Part shown: positions 29,584 to 39,561 of the stretch, one piece after another
Position numbering within the stretch: the first letter of the stretch is position 1
Layout: the number at the start of each line of letters is the position of its first letter
Source of the DNA: Actinomycetota bacterium
GTDB taxonomy: Bacteria > Actinomycetota > Actinomycetes > Nanopelagicales > Nanopelagicaceae
Length of the DNA stretch: 64,000 nt
Direction of reading: 5' to 3'
Assembly: GCA_009702835.1 (NCBI GenBank)
Contig: WLHF01000001.1
Span: forward strand, 10,673-74,672
Notes under the pieces: model-generated
The model's database searches: none
Told to the model about the DNA's origin: nothing
Seen by the model: only the letters and a program-made list of their open reading frames with translations
Position numbers and translations under genes: made by a program

Positions 29584-32500
29584 GCAAGCTCCTTCTCGGA
29601 GATTTCGCGTTTGCGACGTCCAGCAGGTGCAGCGAGTACAAGTACAAAGATCCACGCGATGATTTCAAAAGAGAGCCAGGCTCGGCGAATAGTTCCATCA
29701 TGAATCAGCGAGATCTCTCCAGATTCAGTTGCGGTAAAAAGTGGCAGCCCTTCCTCACTCTTGAGGCGATCGAGTAGATAACCATTTTGGAATACCTGCC
29801 ACGAGCGATCAAAACTCTCGGTAAGTAAAATCTTGCCTGGGTGGTCAACGGTTGTACGCGCACCAACTTCTCCAGTCTTAAGAAGTTCTCGTACGCCATC
29901 ATCGCCGACAAGTATTAATCGCCCAGTAACTCCTGCAACACGCCATACGACACCGGCCGATGTCGCCGATGTGCGAGTAAATCCTCCAAGGCCATCGATC
30001 GTACGGATTATATTTCGATCAAAGGGTGATTTAACAAATACATATTTGATTCCAAAATCTGCAAATACCTTGCTGCTCGATATTCCAGAGCCGTCGATAA
30101 GTGCTTGAGCTGCAACTGCTATCTGAGCAGTTTGTGGTGGTGCAACGTCCGGCTCACCTAATGTAATATCTTTACCGCGCGAAATATAATATTGAATACT
30201 CTTAGCACCAACGCTGCCGACTTCGCGAAGTACCAGTGTCTTTGTATCTTTCTCAATGCTCAAAAATGCAGGCATCACAGTAGATCTGCTGCTTTGTACC
30301 GGAGATGTTGCACCAGCACTAACCGACCATCCCAATGTCAGTATCGAATACAGCGCAGTAATGATAAGTAAGAGCGCTGCTAAAATATGTCGAAAGTGCA
30401 CATTGCTTGAAACTAATACAGCCCTTAAGCGATCTAGAATTACTACTCCTGCCGCACTTGAGGCCAGTGTTGCTCCTACTAAAAACGTACCCGTCCACAC
30501 TCGAACGCGAGCTGAATCCCCATGCGTTGAAATTGAAATCGAAGAGAAGACAACAGCTGCAGATAAGAAGCCAGTGCCATAGCGCGCAATAACTTTGGAG
30601 CTGCTGGAAGAAAAAAGTGCGATTATTAAAATGAGGAGCATCGGACTAATTAACCACCATGGAAGTGAACCAACTCCACCGGGATTTCCGAGAATAACCA
30701 GATTCGCCCCACCGCCCGGCAGAGAGAGACCAGGCTCACTCAAGAATCGCGAGGGTGTAATGAGGGCTTCAAATGAGTAAGGGGCGGTAAGGATGAAGGG
30801 TGCTAAGAGAAGTACTCCACGCTTATAGAGCCGTTCCAAGAACAATGGCTTGTCCCTGCCACGTGAGAACTCTTGGTAATCGCCAAAGAGTGCAAAGCCA
30901 ACTACTCCACAGAGGATGAGAAAGGCAACGAGGGTGAATGCGTACAGCAGTGCAAAGATTAAAGTGAGCGTAAAAATCTGACGCCAGGTATGTAGGTCGA
31001 TTTTCTTCCAGTGTGTGAGGAGCATCGGAATCTGTGGTGCAACTATAAGAGTAACAACGGTAGCTAAGCGGCCAGAGTTAATGGCCGCGATTGCAACCGG
31101 TGAAATCGCATAAATAAAGCTCGCAGGCATGCTAATCCAAGCGTTTTGTGTGAGCTTTCTAAAGAGAGTCAGTATTGACCACATCATCATAAGTGGAGCG
31201 CTCAAGAAGAAGAGAGTGAGAAGCAACGGTGCCTTGCCAAAGAGAAGGCCGGCTCCTGTGGCAAGGAGTGCGATCCAAGGTGGTGTGGCGTATGAGCTGC
31301 CCATTCCAACTTGGTGCCATGACTCAAAATAACTACGCCATAAGTCGCGAGCACCACTGGGAGATGCGGGTAATGCCCCGCCAATCAATGATCCAAGGCG
31401 CATTCGTGATGCAATGAGTGTAATCACTGCTAAAAATATAAATCCTAGAACCTCTGGCTTGCGAAATACATTAAACCATCGCACACCCTTTGTAGGTACT
31501 AGTAAATCTTCATCTTCAACTGATTCAAGAACTGATTGTGTTGGCCCATCGCTATCTGGGAGCAATCGCGAACGCAAGGATTCACTAAGACGAGATGTTG
31601 ATAGCCGCAACTGAGACCATCGTGGAGGAATATATTCCGCGACTATTCGTGATGAAACGAATCGATGCGCTTTTCGCTCTTTGCGTGCCTTGAAAATTGG
31701 GCCTGGTTTAATGAGCAGAGTGAGAACTGCCAAAAACTCATCACTTGCATACCCAGGAAGTTTTGCTAACAAGTAGCCGATTGCGCGCACTATCGCCGAG
31801 CTAAGAAGTTGAAGCGAGAGCCATGGAATCATCCACCAAGACGAGTTTGCCAGAAGAACGTATGCCGCATTGCGCCGATCAAGCAATAGTGGTCGTTGTA
31901 AAAAAGCACCCTCAACATCAACTGTGCGCCGTTCCGTTGCCGATGCTTGAGCATGAAAAACAATGGCAGAGGTTGCTGCGATTACTGAGTGGCCGGCAAC
32001 GCGCGCCCGCCAACCAAAATCTACATCGTCGCGGAAGAGCGCTAAATTTTTATCAAAGCCCCCGAGCTCCTCAAAAATATCTCGCCGAATCAATGCACCA
32101 GCCGTGCTCACCGAGAGCACGTCGTGGACTCCATCATGTTGGCCTTGATCGTATTCAAGCGGCTCTAGTCCAGTCCATCGAGCGCCGTTGCCAGCGATAC
32201 TTATTCCCACTTCAAGTAAGTGTGTGCGATCATGCCAACCCAGAAGTTTTGGACCAACCATTGCAACTTGCGGACGATCATCGATTGCACTTAATAAGAA
32301 CTCAAGTGCAGTGGGTGCTGGTGCACAGTCGTCATGAATCAACCAGATCCACTCAATGGTATTTCCCCGAGTATCTGCTAAAGATTGAACGCCCATTGCA
32401 ACTGCTTCACCGAAACCACAACTGCGTGCTGCACTGATAATTGGAATTCGCGCAGATTTTAATAACTGCAGTGATGAATCTTTTGAGTCAGTATCTACTG

Positions 32501-32630
32501 CAATAACATAATCAATCGGACGGGACTGCGATATAAGAGCGGCAACGGTTTCAGGTAGCCAGGTTTGTCCATCATGTGTAACGATGATCGCACTGACGCG
32601 ATGCCTATCTACTGCCGCTTGTGCAGCCAT
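29580..32630 (-). CDS. Large integral-membrane glycosyltransferase family 2
   Basis: AIIVTHDG, WLIHDD, GGFD...FRDDVDFGWR, many TM helices; downstream of whiB2. Confidence 0.9.
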   Translation of the reverse strand: MAAQAAVDRHRVSAIIVTHDGQTWLPETVAALISQSRPIDYVIAVDTDSKDSSLQLLKSARIPIISAARSCGFGEAVAMGVQSLADTRGNTIEWIWLIHDDCAPAPTALEFLLSAIDDRPQVAMVGPKLLGWHDRTHLLEVGISIAGNGARWTGLEPLEYDQGQHDGVHDVLSVSTAGALIRRDIFEELGGFDKNLALFRDDVDFGWRARVAGHSVIAATSAIVFHAQASATERRTVDVEGAFLQRPLLLDRRNAAYVLLANSSWWMIPWLSLQLLSSAIVRAIGYLLAKLPGYASDEFLAVLTLLIKPGPIFKARKERKAHRFVSSRIVAEYIPPRWSQLRLSTSRLSESLRSRLLPDSDGPTQSVLESVEDEDLLVPTKGVRWFNVFRKPEVLGFIFLAVITLIASRMRLGSLIGGALPASPSGARDLWRSYFESWHQVGMGSSYATPPWIALLATGAGLLFGKAPLLLTLFFLSAPLMMMWSILTLFRKLTQNAWISMPASFIYAISPVAIAAINSGRLATVVTLIVAPQIPMLLTHWKKIDLHTWRQIFTLTLIFALLYAFTLVAFLILCGVVGFALFGDYQEFSRGRDKPLFLERLYKRGVLLLAPFILTAPYSFEALITPSRFLSEPGLSLPGGGANLVILGNPGGVGSLPWWLISPMLLILIIALFSSSSSKVIARYGTGFLSAAVVFSSISISTHGDSARVRVWTGTFLVGATLASSAAGVVILDRLRAVLVSSNVHFRHILAALLLIITALYSILTLGWSVSAGATSPVQSSRSTVMPAFLSIEKDTKTLVLREVGSVGAKSIQYYISRGKDITLGEPDVAPPQTAQIAVAAQALIDGSGISSSKVFADFGIKYVFVKSPFDRNIIRTIDGLGGFTRTSATSAGVVWRVAGVTGRLILVGDDGVRELLKTGEVGARTTVDHPGKILLTESFDRSWQVFQNGYLLDRLKSEEGLPLFTATESGEISLIHDGTIRRAWLSFEIIAWIFVLVLAAPAGRRKREISEKELA

Positions 32631-32657
32631 TGTTCTAACCTTAGAAAGGCTGCGAGC

Positions 32658-32957
32658 TTACGCAGTGCGACGCTTTAGGCGACGGCGTTCGCGCTCGGAT
32701 AGTCCGCCCCAGATTCCAAAACGCTCGTCATGCGCAAGTGCATACTCCAAGCATTCAGAGCGAACATCGCAAGAGAGGCATACGCGCTTTGCTTCACGAG
32801 TTGAGCCACCCTTTTCAGGAAAAAAAGCCTCTGGATCGGTTTGAGCACAGAGTGCACGCTCTTGCCAGGAGAGTTCAAGATTCTCTCCGTTAGCAAGGGT
32901 TATTTGTGGGCCTGATGTGGGGATCGAGGAGTTTGTGGCTTCAGGTCGGATCGGCAT
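32658..32957 (-). CDS. whiB2: WhiB family transcription factor WhiB2/WhiB
   Basis: WQERALCAQTDPEAFFPEKGGSTREAK...ERFGIWGGLSERERR; SD AAGGAG. Confidence 0.96.
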   Translation of the reverse strand: MPIRPEATNSSIPTSGPQITLANGENLELSWQERALCAQTDPEAFFPEKGGSTREAKRVCLSCDVRSECLEYALAHDERFGIWGGLSERERRRLKRRTA

Positions 32958-33018
32958 ACCGATTCTCCTTCATAACTCTGGGTCTGATCCCTCTTGGAAA
33001 AGACTTCCTTAAGAGTGA

Positions 33019-33047
33019 ATTACACGCGTGTAACTCGAAGATGTCAA
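33019..33047 (-). promoter_or_regulatory. whiB2 promoter with overlapping 14-bp palindrome
   Basis: TTGACA (33047-33042), 17-bp spacer, TGTAAT; palindrome TTACACGCGTGTAA at 33020-33033. Confidence 0.65.
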
Positions 33048-33085
33048 GTGGAATGAGCGATCTTTAGGGAGTAATTACCTGAAAT

Positions 33086-34093
33086 TTACGCTGGGATAGA
33101 GAGAATCTCATCCCTTGTGACAAATGCGGCCGATATATGGGCATTTTCACCCACATGAGAGGCCGATGCTATAAATGAATCGATAATAACTGCGCCTGAA
33201 CCAACAACGGCCCCACTATCAATTATTGATCCAGAGATATGGGCGCCGCCGCCAATGCTTGCACCGGCTCCTATGCACGATCCCTTATCAATAATGGCAG
33301 TGGCATCGACAGTAGCCGAGCTCATTATTAAAGAGTGCTCATTATGGAGTGCAACATCGGCCATATGTAGCGCCGATGCATCGGCACGACCGGTTACTAA
33401 ATCACGAGAGCCTTGTAATAAGGCTCTCGGTGTTCCAATATCTAGCCAATACGACTTATCGATGAAGCCCCATACTTTTCCATGATTACTAATAAGACCA
33501 GGGAAAGTTTCACGCTCTACGCTAATTACTCTATCGCGCGGAATTGATTTAACAACGGTTGGATTAAATACATAGCAGCCAGCATTAATCGTATTAGCAA
33601 TTGGCTTTTCCATTTTTTCTAGAAACGCAGTAACGCGACCATCTGGGTCAGTTGGAACGCAACCATAAGATCGAGCATCCTCGACGACAGTTAGGTGTAG
33701 CGTCACGTCGGCGCTATTAGCTTCGTGTTGGCGAATTTGTTCGGTAAGATTATGGGAGCTTAAAACATCACCGTTGAAAACTACAATTGATTCATCTGTA
33801 TCAAGTAACTGCGCAGCATGTGCAATTGCACCACCAGTACCGAGAGGCTCTTTTTCAACGGCATATAACAACTTCATCCCCCACCGAGCGCCATCACCAA
33901 AATATGGAATAAACAGCTCAGATAAATAGGAAGTTGCAAGCACAACGGTTGTAATCCCAGCCTTACGGGCCATTGCTAATTGATGCTCTGTCACCGGTAA
34001 TCCAGCCACAGTGAGCATTGGCTTAGGTGTGTGTTTTGTTAGCGGCATCAAACGTGTGCCAAATCCACCGACTAAAAGAACTCCCACCGCCAT
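33086..34093 (-). CDS. manC: Mannose-1-phosphate guanylyltransferase / NDP-sugar synthase
   Basis: LVGGFGTRLMPLT, PKPML, EPLGTGGAI, NGDVL, WLDIGTP, hexapeptide C-term. Confidence 0.85.
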   Translation of the reverse strand: MAVGVLLVGGFGTRLMPLTKHTPKPMLTVAGLPVTEHQLAMARKAGITTVVLATSYLSELFIPYFGDGARWGMKLLYAVEKEPLGTGGAIAHAAQLLDTDESIVVFNGDVLSSHNLTEQIRQHEANSADVTLHLTVVEDARSYGCVPTDPDGRVTAFLEKMEKPIANTINAGCYVFNPTVVKSIPRDRVISVERETFPGLISNHGKVWGFIDKSYWLDIGTPRALLQGSRDLVTGRADASALHMADVALHNEHSLIMSSATVDATAIIDKGSCIGAGASIGGGAHISGSIIDSGAVVGSGAVIIDSFIASASHVGENAHISAAFVTRDEILSIPA

Positions 34094-34096
34094 TGT

Positions 34097-35161
34097 TTAC
34101 GCCTTTAAACGTGAAACTGCATCGCTAATCTGAGCATCAGTTGATGTCATGGCGATGCGGATAAATCGCGCTCCGGCAGCTCCATAAATGCTACCTGGTG
34201 TGGCTAGGATTCCGCGTTGTGCTAGCCACTCAATACTTGTCCACGCATCCTCATCGCGCGTACACCAAATGTATAAACCAGAATCGCTGAACTCAATGCG
34301 AAAGCCAAGGGCCTCTAGTGCAGGGCGCATGGCATCGCGTCTAGCGTTGTAGCGTGCACGCTGCTGTGCGACATGAACGTCATCCCCAAGTGCAACGGTC
34401 ATCGCTTTTTGTACAGGCAGTGGCACCATCATTCCACCATGTTTGCGCAGTTCGCGGATTCGAGTGATGAGGGATGAGTCACCAATCATAAAAGCTGCAC
34501 GGTATCCAGCCATCGATGAGCGCTTTGATAAAGAGTGCACCGCCAAAATATTTCTGTTATCTCCACCCGTTTGGGATAGAACCGAAAATGAAGTTGCAGT
34601 GTGATCGAACTCGACATAACACTCATCTGAAACTAAAATCGCATTATTGCTACGAGCCCATGTAATCGCCTCCTGAACTTCATGAACGCTTTGTACACGA
34701 CCCGTAGGATTAGATGGTGAGTTAATCCAGGCCAAATCTGCGGCCGGCCACTGCCCCGCATCGATATCAACTGGAATCGATTGGGCCTTAGCTATTAATG
34801 CACCCACGTGATACGTCGGATATGCAATCTCTGGAATCAATACCGTTTGCGACTCAAGAATTGTCGGTAGCCATGCCACCAGCTCTTTCGAGCCAATTAC
34901 TGGCAGTACATCGAATTCACCGCTTGCACCTAATCTATCTATAGCCCATTTTCTAATCGCCGCACGTAGCTCTGGAGTTCCGGCCGTGACTGGATAACCT
35001 GGAGAGTTGGATGCATCGCGAAAAGCCTTTTGGATGAACTCAGGCGTTGGATCAACTGGTGTGCCTTCCGATAAATCGATGATTCCATCTTTATATGAGC
35101 GTGCAATCTCACCAAAGGGCGCTAAGGCATCCCATGGAAAATCTGGTAGTTGTTCGCGCAA
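34097..35161 (-). CDS. dapC: N-succinyldiaminopimelate aminotransferase
   Basis: LPDFPWD, GTPVDP, NSPSNPTG, SDECY, SLSKRS; downstream of fdxA. Confidence 0.93.
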   Translation of the reverse strand: MREQLPDFPWDALAPFGEIARSYKDGIIDLSEGTPVDPTPEFIQKAFRDASNSPGYPVTAGTPELRAAIRKWAIDRLGASGEFDVLPVIGSKELVAWLPTILESQTVLIPEIAYPTYHVGALIAKAQSIPVDIDAGQWPAADLAWINSPSNPTGRVQSVHEVQEAITWARSNNAILVSDECYVEFDHTATSFSVLSQTGGDNRNILAVHSLSKRSSMAGYRAAFMIGDSSLITRIRELRKHGGMMVPLPVQKAMTVALGDDVHVAQQRARYNARRDAMRPALEALGFRIEFSDSGLYIWCTRDEDAWTSIEWLAQRGILATPGSIYGAAGARFIRIAMTSTDAQISDAVSRLKA

Positions 35162-35167
35162 AAAAAC

Positions 35168-35488
35168 TTACTCGCTCTTTGGAGGAAGGGAGGCTATGTG
35201 TGCGTGATCTGCATTAGTCGGACCCATCTTGGCCGCCCCACCGGGAGAGCCAATCTCAACGAAGAACTCGGTATTAATCTTTAATGAATCTTTCCACTGT
35301 GGTGGGACATCATCTTCGTAGTAGATAGCTTCAACGGGACAGACAGGCTCGCAGGCACCGCAGTCGACACACTCGTCGGGCTGGATGTAGAGCATGCGCG
35401 AGCCTTCGTAGATGCAGTCCACGGGACACTCTGCGATGCAGGACTTATCTTTCACATCGACACATGGCTCTGCGATTATGTACGTCAC
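35168..35488 (-). CDS. fdxA: 7Fe ferredoxin
   Basis: (M)TYIIAEPCVDVKDKSCIAECPVDCIY...CVDCGACEPVCP; SD GGAGG before GTG 35488. Confidence 0.95.
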   Translation of the reverse strand: MTYIIAEPCVDVKDKSCIAECPVDCIYEGSRMLYIQPDECVDCGACEPVCPVEAIYYEDDVPPQWKDSLKINTEFFVEIGSPGGAAKMGPTNADHAHIASLPPKSE

Positions 35489-35585
35489 GGTATTGCCTCC
35501 AGATTTTCTTGAATTGGACTGAGAGGATTCTAATCGCATAGCCCATCTCGCGCACAATATTGAAGTAAAGGTTTATCGTTGAGCC

Positions 35586-35786
35586 ATGACGAGCGAGCTC
35601 CAAGGGCAATTTGAAGCCTTAATCGGCAGACGCCTCACAATTCGCCTGCACGATCCAGAGGGAGGCTTCCGCGACATTGTCGGAATCTTAGAGAGTACGC
35701 ACTCACTACGTAACCGGCATGGACAACTCATCGACTTCGCTCATGATGAGATCTTTATCTGGCGCGAGGTGATTGCCACGCCATGA
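35586..35786 (+). CDS. Small beta-barrel protein resembling the N-terminal domain of actinobacterial GNAT proteins
   Basis: LIGRRLTIRL...FRDIVGIL; TATCGT 6 nt upstream; ATGA overlap with cysS. Confidence 0.6.
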   Translation: MTSELQGQFEALIGRRLTIRLHDPEGGFRDIVGILESTHSLRNRHGQLIDFAHDEIFIWREVIATP

Positions 35787-37150
35787 CACTTTCAATCTAT
35801 GACACCTTAAGCCGAACGGTTAAGGCGCTCTCATCAACTAAATCAATAACGAGCATGTACTGCTGCGGTCCTACCGTCTATCGCGATGCTCACGTTGGCA
35901 ATCTACGCACCTTTATTCTCTCAGATCTCATACGTCGAACAATTGAGATTTCTGGTGGGACTGTCCGACTTATTCAAAATATTACCGATGTAGGTCACAT
36001 GTCTGAAGATGTGGTTGGCGAGGACAAAATGCTCTCCCAGGCTGCAGCCGAGAAAAAGGATCCCTTTGATATTGCACGAATGTATGAAGCTAGGTTCCAT
36101 AAAGATCTTGGGCTACTCAATGTCATAGTTGCCGACGAATACCCCCGCGCTAGCGAGTCAATCGATTTAATGATTACGATGATCACCGATTTGATTGCGA
36201 AGGGCTTTGCCTACGTTGGAAGCGATAATTCGATCTACTTCGATGCACAGGCATTTGAAAGTTATGGGCAGATCAGCGGCAATCGTTTAGATGCTCTTAA
36301 GCCTGGTCATCGCTACGAATACAGCGATGAAGGTGGAAAGCGTTTTCACGCAGATTGGGCGCTGTGGAAAAGCGCTGGGCCTCGCACAGAGATGGTGTGG
36401 GATTCACCATGGGGAACAGGCTTTCCCGGTTGGCACATTGAGTGCTCGGCGATGTCAATGGAGTTCTTAAACAATCACGTTGATCTTCATGTCGGTGGAA
36501 TCGACCTACGCTTTCCTCACCATGAGAATGAGCGGGCACAATCCAATGCCTCTATAGACAGTGAAACCGTAGATTTATGGGTACATGGGGAGCATCTTTT
36601 ATTTGAGGGACGCAAAATGTCAAAGAGCTCAGGAAATGTTGTGCTTCTCTCAGATGTAATTGCAAGAGGCCTAGATCCACTAGCGCTGAGGCTGTGCTTT
36701 CTTGAAAATCGATTCCGTGCACAAATGGATTTAACATGGGAGTCTATAGAAAGTGCAGATACAACACTGAGCAAGTGGCGTAAAAAAATGGCACAGTGGG
36801 GTGATTCACCCAAGAAATTAGTGGACCAAGAGTTCCTCAATAGTCTAGAGAAAGATCTAGATACACCTCGTGCACTTCAGCGAATCCGTGCAGTTGAAAA
36901 AACCGATGAGATTTCAGATGCCGACAAGCGAGCTATATTCATGTATGCCGACGAGGTATTAGCTTTAAATTTATCACGACGCGAAATTAGTAAAAACATC
37001 TCGGTGGAGCAAGAAAGGCTTTTGAGTGCACGTCTGACTGCTCGCAAAGAAAAGCGATGGGGTGATAGTGATGCATTACGAGCTGAGTTAGAGTCAACCG
37101 GACTAGAGATTAACGACAGTGCCGATGGACAAGAGTGGAGTTGGCGCTAA
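35783..37150 (+). CDS. cysS: Cysteine--tRNA ligase
   Basis: CGPTVY..AHVGN, PGWHIECSAMS, GGIDLRFPHHENE, KMSKS, anticodon-binding C-term. Confidence 0.93.
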   Translation: MTLSIYDTLSRTVKALSSTKSITSMYCCGPTVYRDAHVGNLRTFILSDLIRRTIEISGGTVRLIQNITDVGHMSEDVVGEDKMLSQAAAEKKDPFDIARMYEARFHKDLGLLNVIVADEYPRASESIDLMITMITDLIAKGFAYVGSDNSIYFDAQAFESYGQISGNRLDALKPGHRYEYSDEGGKRFHADWALWKSAGPRTEMVWDSPWGTGFPGWHIECSAMSMEFLNNHVDLHVGGIDLRFPHHENERAQSNASIDSETVDLWVHGEHLLFEGRKMSKSSGNVVLLSDVIARGLDPLALRLCFLENRFRAQMDLTWESIESADTTLSKWRKKMAQWGDSPKKLVDQEFLNSLEKDLDTPRALQRIRAVEKTDEISDADKRAIFMYADEVLALNLSRREISKNISVEQERLLSARLTARKEKRWGDSDALRAELESTGLEINDSADGQEWSWR

Positions 37151-37458
37151 GCCGGTAGCAGTATTGCAAGAAGTAAGATTAAAAAACCGCCATTAATGAG
37201 TGAGATCCCGATGGCAGTTCCTTCGATCAAATACTCTTTGCTTGCACCAGGAAAACCTGCACGAAGTACAACGGCCATCCACACACAACTCGCAATTATT
37301 CGTAAACTACGCCCTCCCCACATGCGCCCGATACTCCAGATTCCAGCACAGGTTGCGGTAAAACTTAAAAGTAATCCAAATGGTGGCAGAGATGCATGCA
37401 AAAATACCGAACCGATACCTAAGCCACCACCGAAAATAACGGCGTAAATAAAGGGCAT
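37147..37458 (-). CDS. Small membrane protein (DUF6113-like)
   Basis: Four hydrophobic segments; conserved position downstream of mshB. Confidence 0.65.
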   Translation of the reverse strand: MPFIYAVIFGGGLGIGSVFLHASLPPFGLLLSFTATCAGIWSIGRMWGGRSLRIIASCVWMAVVLRAGFPGASKEYLIEGTAIGISLINGGFLILLLAILLPA

Positions 37459-38312
37459 TAGAGGGCGATGCCAGAGGTTAAGTCACTCTCGCGACCATCA
37501 TTATCAAAGGGTGCGGATTTTTTACCCCGCACGAGCGTGTAGTACTCATCCCCCCAAATCGCAAGACCTAAGTTATTAGATAGAGCAAAGAATGGTCCAT
37601 CGAGTGCAATCTGAGTTGCATGTGCCGCCATAGCATCCATCTTGGCATCGACGAACTCGTTACCATCAATCAAGGTTGTTACAAATGAATCATCTTTCGC
37701 AAATGGAATCTCATCGACATTATCGCTACCAAAGAAATCAGAGCCAATTTCCTTCATAGCCGCTATGCCCGCTGCGATAACTGACTTCGGAACAGTGTTC
37801 CAATAAATCTTCTGTATCTGCCACTGTGAAAGCTCTGCTGCTCGCATTGCTACGAGATGGGCTTTAATGTGATCGGGATGGCCATAGCCACCAATTTCAT
37901 CGTAGGTAATCAGAATATGAGGCTTAATTTCATCAATCACTCTTACCAGAAGCTGTGCAGCAGTATCGAGATCGGCCTGCCAAAAAACATCGGGGCGATT
38001 ATTAGTCTCCATCCCCATCATCCCACTATCTCGAAAACTACCGAGGAAGCGGTGGTCTCGTACTCCGAGTGCACGCATGGCATTCGTGAGTTCGATTTCG
38101 CGGTGTGCACCAAGTCCATCATCACTGGCACTAGCAAGGTGAGAGAGTTCAGGAACAAGGACTTCACCTTCTTCGCCCCGAGTGCAGGTAACAAGTGTGA
38201 CTTGGGCACCTCGCGCGGCATATAACGCCATTGTGGCGCCATTATTGATCGTTTCATCATCGGGATGGGCATGCACTAAGAGAATTCGATAACCCGCATA
38301 AGAATCTCTCAC
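37458..38312 (-). CDS. mshB: GlcNAc-Ins deacetylase (mycothiol biosynthesis)
   Basis: VHAHPDDE, TRGEEGE, RDSGM, YGHPDHI, AHATQI, FALSN. Confidence 0.93.
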   Translation of the reverse strand: MRDSYAGYRILLVHAHPDDETINNGATMALYAARGAQVTLVTCTRGEEGEVLVPELSHLASASDDGLGAHREIELTNAMRALGVRDHRFLGSFRDSGMMGMETNNRPDVFWQADLDTAAQLLVRVIDEIKPHILITYDEIGGYGHPDHIKAHLVAMRAAELSQWQIQKIYWNTVPKSVIAAGIAAMKEIGSDFFGSDNVDEIPFAKDDSFVTTLIDGNEFVDAKMDAMAAHATQIALDGPFFALSNNLGLAIWGDEYYTLVRGKKSAPFDNDGRESDLTSGIAL

Positions 38313-39463
38313 TAGTACACCGCACATGTCGGATCAATGTGCTTAGCCCAAGCAAGAACGCCGCCCTCAACATGTGTTGCATCACTAAAGCCAGCGCTTT
38401 TGACTATAGATAGCGATGTCGCAGATCGAACACCCGAGCGGCAGTGCATGATGATCTGCTTGTCTCGTGGCAATAGTGCAAATGCAGTGCCATCAACGAA
38501 CTGCGATAGTGGAATTAAAACCGAGCCAGGGATACGAACAATTTCAAACTCATATGGTTCTCGTACATCTACTAATATAAAATTTTCTCCATTATCCATT
38601 TTCGCTTTAAGTTCGAAGACGTTTATCTCTGATGGAGCAATTGGCGCACAAAACGCCTCATAATCTTCAAGTAGGCCTATTTGAGTTGGATTATCTGCGC
38701 AGATGACACACGCTGGATCTTTGGAAACTTTGATGCTGCGATAACTCATAGCTAGTGCGTCGTAAACCATGAGTGAACCGATAAGTGGTTTGCCAATTCC
38801 GGTGATGAGCTTGATCGCCTCTGTGGCTTGAATCGATGCAATCGATGCGCATAGCACTCCTAAAACTCCAGCTTCGGCGCAGTTAGGTGTATCGGCAGCT
38901 GGCTCTGGGTGAAGACAGCGATAACAAGGGCCATATTCAGAGAAGAAAACACTTGCCTGTCCATCGAAGCGAAGTACGGAGCCCCAAATATATGGTTTCT
39001 TTAAAAGTACGCAGGCATCATTAATTAAATATCGCGTCGCAAAATTATCGGTACCATCAATAATTAGATCGTAATCTTTGAATATCTCCATCACATTAGA
39101 TCTATCTAAACGCACTTCATGTGTGACTACTTCTACAAAGGGATTTATCTGGGCAATCTGTCTCTTTGCACTTTCCGTCTTACTTCCGCCGATATCACTC
39201 TGTCCATGAATAATCTGACGTTGTAAATTTGATTCATCGACGGTATCAAACTCAACAATGCCAAGTGTTCCAACTCCTGCGGCAGCCAAATACATTAAAA
39301 TTGGTGACCCTAAACCACCTGCACCGATACAGACCACTCTGGCACCTTTGAGCCTTTGTTGACCGGCCGATGAGATCTGCGGAATAACCGTATGGCGGCT
39401 GTATCGACGCAACTCTTCGGTGCTTAGCACGGGCATCGAATCTACCAATGGAGGAATTTTCAT
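38312..39463 (-). CDS. moeZ: MoeB/ThiF adenylyltransferase with rhodanese domain (MoeZ)
   Basis: RYSRH, GAGGLG, SNLQRQ, CYRC, C-terminal DVRE...HCRSGVRS. Confidence 0.9.
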   Translation of the reverse strand: MKIPPLVDSMPVLSTEELRRYSRHTVIPQISSAGQQRLKGARVVCIGAGGLGSPILMYLAAAGVGTLGIVEFDTVDESNLQRQIIHGQSDIGGSKTESAKRQIAQINPFVEVVTHEVRLDRSNVMEIFKDYDLIIDGTDNFATRYLINDACVLLKKPYIWGSVLRFDGQASVFFSEYGPCYRCLHPEPAADTPNCAEAGVLGVLCASIASIQATEAIKLITGIGKPLIGSLMVYDALAMSYRSIKVSKDPACVICADNPTQIGLLEDYEAFCAPIAPSEINVFELKAKMDNGENFILVDVREPYEFEIVRIPGSVLIPLSQFVDGTAFALLPRDKQIIMHCRSGVRSATSLSIVKSAGFSDATHVEGGVLAWAKHIDPTCAVY

Positions 39464-39561
39464 AGAGTAGTAAGTCTGCCGTAGTCACGCCTGTGTCGCT
39501 AGTTTTTATGGGGGGGGAGAGTATTGGCACAAAACATATAAAGCCCCCTACGATTGCACTA

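Noticed and set aside
31823-32437. 204-aa antisense ORF and the many other shadow ORFs in the track
   Set aside because: They lie fully inside well-supported genes and show no recognisable motifs or initiation signals.
35160-35166. T7 run at the dapC TTG start as a slippage site
   Set aside because: Length changes would alter only the spacer, not the frame.
35783-37150. Calling the CysRS-like gene mshC
   Set aside because: It has CGPTVY rather than CGITPY and keeps the anticodon-binding C-terminal domain.
39510-39517. G8 tract as a phase-variation switch
   Set aside because: It is short, lies upstream of the likely TetR promoter core and outside the CDS (start 39562); no further support.
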